A stretch of DNA of 64,000 nt from Mizuhopecten yessoensis. Taxonomy: Eukaryota. The notes beneath the pieces are model-generated. The model was not told the origin of the DNA and ran no database searches. It saw nothing but the letters and a program-made list of their open reading frames with translations. The stretch spans positions 741,666 through 805,665 of the forward strand of contig NW_018404790.1 in the NCBI RefSeq assembly GCF_002113885.1, given 5' to 3'. How positions within the stretch are numbered: position 1 is the stretch's first letter; each line of letters starts with the position of its first letter. Positions 12,111-24,169 of the stretch are shown here, in pieces. The position numbers and the translations under genes were made by a program.

Positions 12111-13217
12111 ATGTCTGACGATCAAGTTGACTTAGTTGCCAGGGATCCCAATAGCCTGAACGCCCATTTGGGGGTAAGTTCTTTTTTATTTATAGGTAAT
12201 TGTAAGCATGGATTTTATCAAATTATGCAGTGTTTCTTTTTATAAATGTTATACGTCACATATATAGAGACACATTATTCAAATATATCTTTGTACTGTA
12301 GAATACACGTATTAAACCAAATAAACGTGAGTTTGAGAAATAATGAGATTTGTTTAATATCAGATTCTACCTTTGATTATTAATAATGGTAAATGAGACT
12401 TTTTTCAATAAAATTTAATATAGAAAGTGATTAACAGATATAAGTTGATTTCAATCGTCGATATCTTGATAAGGAGGGCATACAAATACTATCCTCGGGT
12501 ACACATTTAGTCGGAGTAAGAAAATCAGCAAACATTGGTTCCGACACTTACTACTAGTTTTCATTCATACCCAGTAACGTCGTTTCTTCGAGATAACATG
12601 TTCGTGATGGAGCCGCGATGTATATCATCCTCAATGTTAAGAAAATGCAATTCGATCACCTACTTTATAAGCTTCGCGACTTTATTTTTAATACATAAAC
12701 AATATCTTCTTTTGCGTTATGATGTGTTTGCCTGTTCTGTAGAAACTATACTGCATGCTGTTGCTAGGTAACAAGACAGTCAATATTCAAAGTCTTTCAA
12801 CAAAGTCCATTAGTAATATTTTGGTTTAAATACGCAGCCGTTTATGCCTTTATCCCGATTTTAACAAATGTGTTCCCTCTTCCGTTATAGACGTTGATGT
12901 TCAATGATGTTCTTGGTGAGCCCGATGGTACCCACAGTATCGACTGCGTCTGGAAGATGTCCTACACATGTTTCGAATTGTGGAAGGGACTCTGCTACAA
13001 GATCCTCACCCTCTTCTGTGGTATCTGTATTGCAGCGGAATGGGGCTGTGAGTTCGCCTACATTGCTTTCTATCATATCTGGTTCATCACCCCATGCATG
13101 AAGATATTCGAGATCAACTGTGGACTCTGCCAGAAGATCTACAGTATGGTGATCAACTGTTGCATACAACCATGTACGGAGGCTTGTGGTGGACTCTTCA
13201 TTCATTTTAAGAAATAG
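12111..13217 (+). CDS. CAV: Caveolin-like protein, copy B, 129 aa; join(12111..12173,12891..13217)
   Basis: acaaccATG start; MSDDQVDLVARDPNSLNAHLG|gtaagt ... ttatag|TLMFNDVLGEPDGTHSIDCVWK...FIHFKK-TAG; same exon sizes as the other copies. Confidence 0.95.
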
Positions 13218-14610
13218 AAACATTAAGTGTCTTACAGACTTCAATATACTACGATCTTTCATGTAATGAACAATGATATTGGATATTTGTTACCGAGTAT
13301 TGTTGCTTCCTTACACACGCTGTCGACATGGACATCTTAGTTGAGATATTAATGAAAAGATTTGCATTGACAATATATGTTGAAATGTGATATTATTGAT
13401 ATTAAACTATGGTGTTTAAATGTTTCTCTATTTTGGATTATTTATTTACTTTGTGGCCAATGTCATGATGTTCACATTTTTCAATTTTAGGTGCTTTTCT
13501 CTGTAGGATAAAATTCATCACGGTGCAAACGTTACTGGGTTTTATTTAAAGATGACGTGTCATAAATCATTCACGCTACGTGATTTTCCCTATTGGATTC
13601 TATGTTCTTAAGTACATATATCTGACTTCGATTTCCGTCAAAAACATGAAATTTGTCACAAAGCTATAGAATTATCCGCCCTTACTGTTAGTAATAAAGA
13701 TATCATTATTACGGTATATCTTTTATGTTTGGATGGAAAGTGATATCTAGATAACTGAACTACGGATGATTATATGAATATTACCAGGAAATAAAGCTGG
13801 ATCGTATCTAACAAGATGTTAAATTTTATCAAAATTGGAAATCAAAAGAAAGCCAGGAAATGACTTTGACATTGAAATCAGGATAACCATATTCATTTTT
13901 GGGGGTATACGGTATATACCGAAAACAAAAAAAAAAAGCACCCGAGCTGATTTTTTGCAAAGTGCACACATTTTTTCGGTATATATTTTACCACAATATA
14001 CAAATTTACATACATTATTTCTATTCTACTAAATGGTCTGCTGTGATATCATCTTGCTAGTGAAATTAAATCGAGACATTACGGGATAAATATTTGCACG
14101 CGCAATGAAATAGCCTCATTTACGTAATTGGTCACATTGCCTAAAACGGCACTGAAGTAGATACCAAAGCACATTCAATAGCATTTCCAGTTGGTAGACT
14201 AGATATAATCAACATATGTTTGTATATCATGGTGGGATTCAAAAATATTACGAACATAATAAACTTATGCCGCAGCTGCCTTCGTTTATAACTAAAAAGA
14301 ATTTTATCCAATACATGCATTTTATTTTAACTTCGTTTTGTATTTTAGAAATAATGTGCATGAACTTTGGTGGAATATAAAACGAGGTTGAGAAAATACC
14401 AATGCTGCGTCAGCTTGAGTGAATAATTTTTTAACATTTCCGAATCCTGAATTATTATATAGACTCAAAAGTAAATACATGTACCCTCATTCGACATAGG
14501 CAACTAGTCCGATGGCTCACCGGTTTAGGTCTGCAATACGGAACAGGCTTTTAGAAGAGAATTTCACGGTCATGGTATATTGCGAAATGATACACGTACA
14601 TGGTTATTTC

Positions 14611-14759
14611 AGAGTTAAACTGCTTTAAGGTGCCATCCATAGGCAATATGAATGCCCACTGCATTACAGAAAAATTACATCCGGTTCATGTTTTATTTTC
14701 CTGTAATACAGTTGGCATTCATATTGCCTATGAATGGCATATTAAAGCAGTTTAATTCT
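14611..14759. mobile_element. Long imperfect palindrome, part of a non-autonomous (Crypton-like or MITE) element
   Basis: agagttaaactgctttaaggtgccatccataggcaatatgaatgcc...ggcattcatattgcctatgaatggcatattaaagcagtttaattct; arms about 65 bp. Family assignment is inference. Confidence 0.65.
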
Positions 14760-15268
14760 TATTTTTACAGATCCATGCGTTTCTGTCCTTAAAAAGATAA
14801 TGACTATATGAAATATTTGAATATCCCGCCAATATCCTCTGAAATGTTGACCTGTTTCGCCCCTACGCACGCGCATTGTCCTGTGATGGAAATTGCCGAA
14901 AATAGTCCGTGGAAAACAACAAAAATTACAGATGTTTTATGTCAATTTATGTCGATACGTACAGTTTTATTTGATAGTTTTCATTGTTATGATCATAAAA
15001 GTGCATTTAAAGCACAATGATAACATTAGCACTACTGCTCATGAACATCGCACGTTAATTAAGTCACACCGCGGAGGTATATTTGTGAAATCTACAAATC
15101 AGTAATTCGGTAGCGGTGGGAAAACGTTTCGCCATCCATTTATTTGTTGAAATTGAATTCACAATTGCTGAATGTTGAGCTGGCAAAGAGCCCCGGAGTA
15201 GACATTATATTGCGGTGGAGTACCCACACGGTACATGGGCTATGAAAGTAACAACATTGAACATTGCA

Positions 15269-15703
15269 TTAAAGGAAACACCATTCTCGATATCCAGGGG
15301 CTACGCACACTTTGCTTACTACACCCCTGGAATATATCATAGCAAAATTGAAGGCACGAAGATAGCTTTTTAATTGGTCTCAGGAAAAAAACAACTAACC
15401 AATCGCTAGGCTGATACCTGTCCTTTGAAGATTACAAAGGAGAGACGCCCGACTTCAAAGCCTGTCAATTTTTACCGTTACGTGACCGCGAGATTCTTAT
15501 GATGTATATCAAAGGATCGAACTAGTCTTCTCATATTCAAGGGGTGTAGAGAGCAAAAGTGAGCGTATCTTCTTGATATCGAGGATGAGGAAACCCGCAC
15601 CACTGCCAAAATTTTAAACTATGAACTGGAATCTTTTCCCGGCATTGGTATAGGGGTGATAGATAGAAACCCGTACCTTACGTAACTGTATATGGACCTT
15701 TAA
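15269..15703. mobile_element. Possible Kolobok-like non-autonomous DNA element
   Basis: Bounded by TTAA-AGG ... CCT-TTAA, with internal inverted words attctcgatatc / gatatcgaggat; termini only weakly complementary. Confidence 0.3.
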
Positions 15704-16287
15704 GCTGATGAGTTTATGGTTTTTACATGTTTCTTTTGAATTGTTAAAAAAAGAAAAAGAAACTTTTCTCATTTAAATGAACGATGATTTTGAAATATAA
15801 CAGTTAACATTATTTCATAAAGCAGGAAAAACTATTATTATCCTTTACGCCATCACAAACAAAATAATCTGCATTCTTTTATCATAAAAAATATCAGAGA
15901 GCATCGAACAGAATTTGCTGGAACTAATACTAAATAAAGTATGAAGAAAAGTAAATGTTGGGGCCTTCGCTTTCTTTCGTGATTTTTTTTTTCATGAATC
16001 TCGATTTACTCCAGTTTTAATACGCCCTGTGCGCTTCCATCCGGGTCAGTAAGAGGGGCAATATCAGGACGAACGTAGACAGAGGAAGGCCATGAGAAGG
16101 AGACACCAGAGCCAATCAACAAATCAAAACGAGCAGCAAACTGAGTCAAACTGGCATTTCAATAAGCAAACTGTGTCAGATAAATATGTCTAACGGTATT
16201 ATAGAACTACCATATCTACTGGGCAATAAGCTTGGTAATACCAAATACTTCTGGGTCAAACATGCAAACTGAGTCAAAAAGATATGG

Positions 16288-17348
16288 AAGCAAGGCAAAG
16301 AATTGCAAGGCGATCCATAGTCTCCCACCGGTAATGATTTCTATATTTTACAAACAGTACTTTTATGTCAGGATGTAACCATTTTTAGGAAAGTATCCTC
16401 ATACATACTTCTTGCACTCTGCCATCCAAAGACGTCCTTGTACACAAAAACTGGTTACTCCAGGTGAAGTAGTATAGAAGATATGCCCCGGAAAATCATT
16501 TTCAAAAGTGAAAGTCATAGGTCACAGTGACCTTCTTCTTGCACACTGCACTCCGGCATCCCAATATGTCCTTGTACACAAAAGCTGGTTACTCCAGGTG
16601 AAGTCGTATAGAAGATATGCCCCGGAAAAACATTCTCAAAAGTGAAAGTAAAGGTCAAGTAATAGGTCACAGTGACCTAATTCTTGCACTATGCACTCCG
16701 CCAACCCAAAACGCCCTTGAACACCAAATCTGGTTACTCCATATGAAGTATTATAGAAGATATGTCCCGAACTAACTTTTTCAAAAGTTAAAGTCAAAGG
16801 TCAAAGCATATGTTACAGTGAGGTCATAGTGACCTTCTTCTTGCACTCTGCACTCCGCCATCCCAATATGTCCTTGTACACAAAAACTGGTTACTCCAGG
16901 TGAAGTCGTATAGAAGATATGCCCCGGAAAACCATTCTCAAAAGTGAAAGTAAAGGTCAAGTAATAGGTCACAGTGACCTAATTCTTGCACTATGCACTC
17001 CGCCAACCCAAAACGCCCTTGAACACCAAATCTGGTTACTCCATATGAAGTATTATATAAAATATGCCCCGATCTAACTTTTTCAAAAGTTAATGTCAAA
17101 GGTCAAAGCATATGTCACAGTGAGGTCATAGCGACCTTCTTCTTCCACTCCTCATTCCGTCTTCCCAAGATGTCCTTGTACACCAAATCTGGTTAATCCA
17201 TGTGAAATAGTATAAAAGATATGCCACGGACAAACTTTTTCGGAAGAAAAGTCTGAAGGACGGACGGACGGACGGACGGAGTGCAAACCCCTAATTCCCC
17301 CCCCCCCCCCCCCCCCATGGGACCTGGGAACCGATGGGGGACTAATAA
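16288..17348 (-). mobile_element. Helentron/HINE-like non-autonomous element with internal ~150-bp satellite arranged as a 302-bp dimer
   Basis: Minus strand reads ttattagtcccccatcggt...(GTCC)n microsatellite (17258-17280), then tandem repeats (e.g. ccttcttcttgcac at 16531 and 16833; acgcccttga at 16711 and 17013), ending ccggtgggagactat...cttgctt. This is the typical bivalve HINE layout. Confidence 0.8.
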
Positions 17349-17860
17349 GCAAATCGAATACCAAATATGTAAATACGCAAACTGTTTAAAACATCTATGG
17401 AGAAGTATCCAACAGGAAACTAGCTCTTAAAGTATGTTTTGTAACGATAACTACATTTTTTTATTACATCATTTTCCTGAGATATATCTATAACGCTTGA
17501 TAGCACAGAAATAGTCGTAAGGAATGTGTTAAGGGTTTGGGGGTCAATGTTTAACAGTGAACCAGGGCTAATGGCAATAGCAGTTTAACATAGCAATGAT
17601 TTTAACAATAGGAAGTATGATAATCACCTAAGTAGCTTTGGCCCCACGAGGTGGTCCACTGGAAGGTTCAATCTCGGGAATATAATGGTCCAGTCTGTTA
17701 CTGCCCACCCAGTTGTACATCGGTGCTAGGTACGCGCTGTCTCTCTTCACATCAAAATACTTACACTTCGGACACAAATCGCCATTAATTGCAGACATTC
17801 GGTGCTGATCGGAAGGGCGTAGTGTCAAAACGGTCTCATCCTTAAACATCCACTAGTATT

Positions 17861-18877
17861 ATGGCTGACGACCAGCTGGATCTGGTGTCCCGGGACCCGA
17901 ACGGAGTTAACGCCCATTTAGGGGTTGGTATCTTCACTTTTAATATTATTTCAGCAATATTCTTATATACTAAAAATATCTGATTTATTAATTATGTAAC
18001 CAATCATTCTTTTAGTTTTATACAGTTTCATTAGGAAAAGTTTTATCAAAAAAGACTATTACTTATTTTTATCGCTTTAGACATTAATTTTATTGATTTT
18101 GTCCACCATTCTATTGTTTTTGTAGTTTTAGTGTGTACTTGTTAGGTTTATTGGGATAAGCGTTCTTTTAACATAAAAATTAATTTATGATTTTCTTCTA
18201 TGTGTGTAATGGGTGTCTTCGGGGCGGTATGTTTGGATATTTACTTCCTTTACAAAGCGCGGATCTGATGCCGAAATTTGAGTGTTACCTCACTGAAACA
18301 CAGTTACGAAGGCGCCAAACACAGTATCCCGGTCACATTATACTAACAATGGGTTAGCCAAATGTTGCGCTTATCTGAGGTGTTTCGAGAAGGAAACGGG
18401 ACGAAAAAAAAGCAAAAAGAAACCCATACACACAGTTTGAGTGCAATATTTGCTGTAGAGTTATGTTTAAGTTTATAATCTTTAAAAGTAACGAATGGAA
18501 AAAGGAACCGTGCCAATGTTATCTGACCGTAAATTTTGTTTTATTTTAAGACACTTTTGTTTAACGATGTCCTTGGTGAGCCCGATGGTACCCACAGTAT
18601 CGACTGCGTCTGGAAGCTGTCCTACATGTGTTTCGAATGCTGGAAGGGTCTCTGCTACAAACTCCTCACCCTCTTCTGTGGTATCTGTATTGCAGCGGAA
18701 TGGGGCTGTGAGTTCGCCTACATAGCGTTCTATCATGTATGGTTTCTATCCCCATGCATGAAGATATTTGAAATCAACTGCGTACTTTGTCAAAAAATCT
18801 ACGCCACTGTCATTAACTGTTGTATGTTGCCATGTTTTGAGGCGCTAGGGGGATGTTTCATACACTTTAAAAGATGA
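17861..18877 (+). CDS. CAV: Caveolin-like protein, copy C (most divergent), 129 aa; join(17861..17923,18551..18877)
   Basis: MADDQLDLVSRDPNGVNAHLG|gttggt ... ttttaag|TLLFNDVLGEPDGTHSIDCVWK...FIHFKR-TGA; intact frame; donor is GT but weaker than in the other copies. Confidence 0.92.
18240..18400 (-). mobile_element. SINE fragment (Meta-domain-like) in intron of caveolin copy C
   Basis: Reverse complement tagtataatgtgaccggg...ttcagtgaggtaacactc resembles the conserved central domain of molluscan tRNA-SINEs; a related degenerate piece lies at ~8780-8970. Confidence 0.5.
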
Positions 18878-18894
18878 TCGATTTGTATACCAAC

Positions 18895-18895
<1 letters not shown>

Positions 18896-18926
<31 letters not shown>
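18896..18926 (+). repeat. (GAT)10 microsatellite in 3' UTR of caveolin copy C
   Basis: tgatgatgat... begins about 20 nt after the stop codon. Confidence 0.9.
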
Positions 18927-18928
<2 letters not shown>

Positions 18929-19401
18929 TTCACTTCTGGTTCAAATACAACCTTTTTTCAATGTATAATTTATAATAACTTGTTCTACAGTTTACTTTAA
19001 TAATATTGAAACTATTATGTCACATTAATGTATACCATATCAGTTACCATTAAATTAGCACTTTTCTCTATGAAATGTCTTTGTGTATTGTAACAGAGTT
19101 ATCAATTATCAATCGGGAACCGTCGGCAGGAGGATTTTCTCGTTTACGAAAAGTGCCGACGGTTCCCGATTCCGAATTATCTTTCTATCACCATTTTGTA
19201 TATTTGACCTTGTGACACACTGTTACCGAGCTTAGAATCTCTCGCGGGCGTATCCCTAGTGAGTGTGCGCTCGATTTACTCTCCCGGAGAATCGGGTCAG
19301 ACATAATACCAATCGAGTATTTTAGGATACTAAAACACTGAACTGTTTTAGAACAATGAACTACCTATATAATTGTGTCCACGGAAAAGGAGTAAACAAG
19401 T

Positions 19402-20709
19402 GAAATCATGTGTAAAGCATAATGGGGGTTATTCTGACTATTTCACAAATACGATTGGTCTTTTTCAGGGTGAAATATTATCACCGATTTTGTACACCAT
19501 GTACGTGAACGATTGTGAAATACATTTTATCAAGGAAGGATGTCCTTCAATTGAACTTAATTTGATTAATATTTTTCTGTTGATGTACGCTGACGATATG
19601 GTTTTATTTGCAGAAACACCAGAAAAACTACAGGAAGTTATGGATGCTCTGAAAGTATATAATAACAAGTATAAGCTTACATTAAATACAGAAAAGACGA
19701 AAATAGTAGTTTTCAGGAATGGTGGCATAATACGGAATAACGAAAAGTGGATATATGATAACATAGAGCTGCAAGTTGTTAATCAGTTCAATTACTTAGG
19801 AATGCTTTTCAATTATAATGGTAAATTTAATGTTACACAAAAANNNNNNNNNNNNNNNNNNNNNNNNNNNNNNNNNNNNNNNNNNNNNNNNNNNNNNNNN
19901 NNNNNNNNNNNNNNNNNNNNNNNNNNNNNNNNNNNNNNNNNNNNNNNNNNNNNNNNNNNNNNNNNNNNNNNNNNNNNNNNNNNNNNNNNNNNNNNNNNNN
20001 NNNNNNNNNNNNNNNNNNNNNNNNNNNNNNNNNNNNNNNNNNNNNNNNNNNNNNNNNNNNNNNNNNNNNNNNNNNNNNNNNNNNNNNNNNNNNNNNNNNN
20101 NNNNNNNNNNNNNNNNNNNNNNNNNNNNNNNNNNNNNNNNNNNNNNNNNNNNNNNNNNNNNNNNNNNNNNNNTATTTGAGAAAACCTATCAATAATTTAT
20201 ACAAAAAATACTTAACACGTTTTAGATTAAGCTCACATAGTTTAAATATTGAGCAAGGCAGGTACAGAAATCAACCAAGAGAACAACGACTTTGTACATT
20301 CTGTAACGCTAATGATGTTGAAGATGAATTCCATTTTATACTTAAATGCAAATTTTATGAGGATTTTAGGCATGAATATATTAAACCTTATTTTTACAAA
20401 CGACCATGTGTTTTCAAGTTAATAAAACTGTTCAATACCAAAATCGTTAAAGATCTAAATAACCTAGGCAAATTTTTGCATTTAAGTACAAAACGACGAA
20501 ATAATATTGTTTAACTAAATATAATACTGCATGTTCTGTATGTTATACCCACATACAGGTATATTGTGTTTTAATAATCTATGTTATGCATTGTACACTA
20601 TTGCACCAACTGTAATTTGTGTTATACATTGTGATATCTTGTACATAAGTATGTCTACTCACCGATGTGTTGTAAACATAAGGAAATAAAGAATCTGAAT
20701 CTGAATCTG
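19402..20709 (+). mobile_element. 5'-truncated non-LTR retrotransposon (RTE-X-like LINE), RT and C-terminal CCHC region
   Basis: RT motifs GLFQGEILSPILY and LMYADD, plus FNYLG. After the N gap: RLSSHSLNIEQGRY...RLCTFC...EDEFHFILKC. Ends with AATAAA and a (GAATCT)n tail. Candidate 8-bp TSD aaacaagt at 19394-19401 and 20710-20717. Confidence 0.9.
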
Positions 20710-21519
20710 AAACAAGTCTTTATTTAATATACCACTTATATTAGTAAATAAATCGATATGTAAATCATTGATCGATTTGACACGTGTGCATACAGATGTG
20801 CACAACTTTTACCGTCGTCAGATAGTTATAAGGAAGTTTGATGTGATAAACGGTTAGATTTTAAGGTGCTCTCACAGCAGTCTGACGGTAGCATGGTTCT
20901 TTGTGAACGGTTACATTTAAGATATCTCCGGACACTTCTTTCCCGTGAATATATTTCCAAACAAGATCACATGATAATGTCACCATAATAATGGCAATTT
21001 TATTTGTTCATGGTTTCTATTAGCTTTTACAATCTTAAAATTCATATTGAAAAAAAAAAATCAGACTCTATTTTTTTTGTCGCATAACATGCTTACGTAA
21101 CTGCAAATATTCAAAACACTCGATAAACGGAAAAGGTCAAAGGTTCATGCATGATTAGTAAATGTCGCGGCAAGGTTAAACTGAGAACCCTTGGATTAGA
21201 ATATTGAACCCTCTTTTGCCGCGTAAAGAAACCATGTATCACTGGTAAGCTCGCAGGCCGTCCAGGATATCAAAGTGATCAAAACACAATGAGATTTTTA
21301 AATAAAATCATGCTGTGCGAATGTTTCGCTCAACAAAATAGAAACGCACAGCTTAATTTGTAGAACTATATTTCATAACTATAAGAAGTAAAATATAAAC
21401 CGTAGTGATTTCTTCAAATTGATGCAAGTGTGAACGGGGTAACTGAATTTACTTACACACCACGTCATTTAAATTCCGAACTTTTTTCTTTCATTTATAC
21501 ATTTTATACGGTAATATAT

Positions 21520-22142
21520 GTTATTATATGACTGGTGCTAATTCCCAGCCCTGATTGGAGGAGCGACGTCATGTAACGAGCCTGTAAATATGTTACAGAC
21601 CTCGTTCTATAAATAGGCCTGGGAAATTTCCCAGACATCGATTAACAGCCAATTGCAAACGAATCACCTGTTACAGACCTCGTTCTATGAATAGAAAAGT
21701 GTTACAGACCTCGACACATACATAGAAAAGTGTAACAGACCGCTACTAAAAATAGGCGTAGGTAATTTCCCAGCCAGTCTGTAATTCTGTTACCAATCAC
21801 ACTACTGAATTCAACTACAAATGAATTATCTCATCAAATTCTGAACATCTATTTTGAGTCTGAAATTTAAAAAAATTGTGTATGTTATTTTGTATTTGAG
21901 GTCCTTCACTCTGTGATTCCAAAATGGTCCATGCTATCCATGTGTTTATGACTTGAAAAAAATATTAATCTCATTGTAAAATATCATATAATGAAACAAT
22001 TGTTGACTTCAGTTTCGGTCTATCCCTGATTTACGGACCTGGTCTGAACAATATTCACCTCGGCCTTCGGCCTCTGTGAATATTGTTCAGACCAGGTTCG
22101 TAAATCAGGGATAGACCTCACCTGAGGTCCATACTTGTATAA
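21520..22142 (+). mobile_element. Non-autonomous element (Crypton-like) with internal short repeats and a terminal ~125-bp hairpin
   Basis: Hairpin at 22005-22129 (ggtctatccctgatttacggacctggtctgaacaatattcac-ctcggccttcggcctct-gtgaatattgttcagaccaggttcgtaaatcagggatagacc); repeated tgttacagacctcg units; second copy at 28530-29092. Confidence 0.7.
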
Positions 22143-23352
22143 CGTAACATCGCAACGTCATTTCGGGGATCTAGGAACTCTTTCATGTGAAAATTTGCTC
22201 ATGACTAAATCATTCGGCTTGAGCGACCTTGTTGAGAAAAACAATGAAGAAACAGTGGTTTAATTTTCGAATGAGCTATAACGTAGGCGACTCTACTTAG
22301 AGGATTTTTCGACAGTGAAATGTGAATTCGAGTGATAATGATTCGGCAACATGAAAATATAGGCAGGCGTTGACACCCGCCTAAGGATAATATTTTTAAG
22401 GATATGAAGTCTAAAAATGTCCAAGTTTTGACTTAGCCAATCACAAATAACGTCAAAAAACGTGACGACATGCGTGATTGACTAAGCAAAGTTTATGACG
22501 GAGATCTGCATTAGCTAGACCCGTCACGTTTTTTTTTATTTCATGGGTCATTAACGATTAAAAAATATGAAAGGATTTTCATTAACATGTAATGGGAGGA
22601 GCATTGTGTGTCATAATTACAACCCGAAGGACAGGGACCTATTGAAAAATGGGGATTTGGAAAAAACCCAGCGGTTCATGATGATATTAAGCGTTGTTTC
22701 AGAGAACTTGTAAGAAAACAAACAATCAAACTTTGAATTGCATGCATACAGAAATTACGGGGGGGTTATCCTAAGTTATTTGTTCACGACAGTTTTACAA
22801 CTATATTTACATAAAGCGAAATAAGATAATATTATATGAACTTTAAAATACTGATTTCTAATATTGAAATATAGATACGTAAAGGAAAATTTGGATGGAA
22901 TTTTTTTTTATAGAGCGGCAATCATTTTTTGGTTCGAAATTCATTAATGAGTGTCCTTATAAGTTGTTCGACCTGTCACCTTTCTGGTCGTTAGTGTTGG
23001 GTATACACTGACCAGTGTCCACTCTGTTAATGGACTTGTCACCAGTGGTACACGGAAGCGTGCAGCAGGGAAGTAAAACAATCTGGCCCCGGTTATCTGC
23101 CCTTGACTGCTGGCCCCGGATGCTTAGAAGGTGGTTAGATATAACCCGTTATTTGTTAGGTAACATTTTCAAAAGTGAACACAATAAAACTTAAGAACGT
23201 GTGATATCATTTCACTGCTATAGACTTGTTGAGACAAATAAGATTGACGTGTTTTATTTTCCTTTGAAAGACCTTGTTTTCTTACTGGCAACAGTTTGAA
23301 TTTTTCACTTACCAGTTAAAGTAGTGTATTTCCATTTGCTCTGCATTGCCAT

Positions 23353-23542
23353 TATTCCGTCTTTGCGTATTGCAGAGTTATCTTCTCTTGGAAGCAGGTA
23401 TTGATTGTTACGTCATTGGTTTTTGCGAGAAAATTACGTCGTTTTCTCAAAAATTGATGACGTTACTCTCACAAACAAGTGACGTAACAAACAATACCTG
23501 CTCCTAAGAGAAGATAACTCTGCGGTACGCAAAGACGGAATA
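23353..23542. mobile_element. Palindromic MITE (~190 bp)
   Basis: tattccgtctttgcgta..gcagagttatcttctctt ... aagagaagataactctgc..tacgcaaagacggaata; complementary over nearly its whole length. Confidence 0.85.
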
Positions 23543-23909
23543 TAACCTTACCAAACAAAATTGAAAGATATCATATCATAATTCTCACATATTTCCCATT
23601 GGTGTCGTGATATGAAGAACATTTTCGTGACGTCGTGGTAACCCATCCGTGCTACCGGATTGAAAAACCCAATTTATCAATGTAACTCGCAACAATTTAT
23701 GTAGTTATGCTGTATAAAAAGGTGAATATCCTCACGGTGGAATATATTGATTAAATTGTTAAAATTAAATTGATGATTTTGTGTTTATTACCACGAACTG
23801 TATTGTTTTTGCCGGGAACGGTCGCGTGTACCCGTGACGTCACAAGAACATGTTCCATTGACAGATAGCGCGAAATTTGACTTTGAAATACGATTACGGG
23901 TTGGAAATA

Positions 23910-24045
23910 TAAGTATTAAACTGCCTTCTTTGGAAAGTTATTGTTCTAAAATTCTGACAGGATTGCAGACAAATTAATCATAACGCGCGTTATTCAATTT
24001 GTCTGCAATAACAATAACTTTCCAAAATGGGCAGTTTAATGCTTA
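23910..24045. mobile_element. Imperfect palindrome, end of a Crypton-like/MITE element
   Basis: taagtattaaactgcc..tttggaaagttattgtt ... aacaataactttccaaa..ggcagtttaatgctta. Confidence 0.65.
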
Positions 24046-24169
24046 AATAACAAAAATTATGGTTCTAACAAAAATACTTTATGGAGTCGGCGCCATGTTT
24101 TCTTGGTCTCTTGATAAAAAATGCATTACAACCCGTTCTATTTCAGCGCATTAAATACAATTTAACATG

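Noticed and set aside
18875-19000. Possible stop-codon readthrough or selenocysteine at the TGA of copy C, giving a poly-Asp extension
   Set aside because: Stop codons differ among paralogs (TGA, TAG, TAA), extensions are not conserved, I recognised no SECIS, and the poly-Asp is just a (GAT)n microsatellite.
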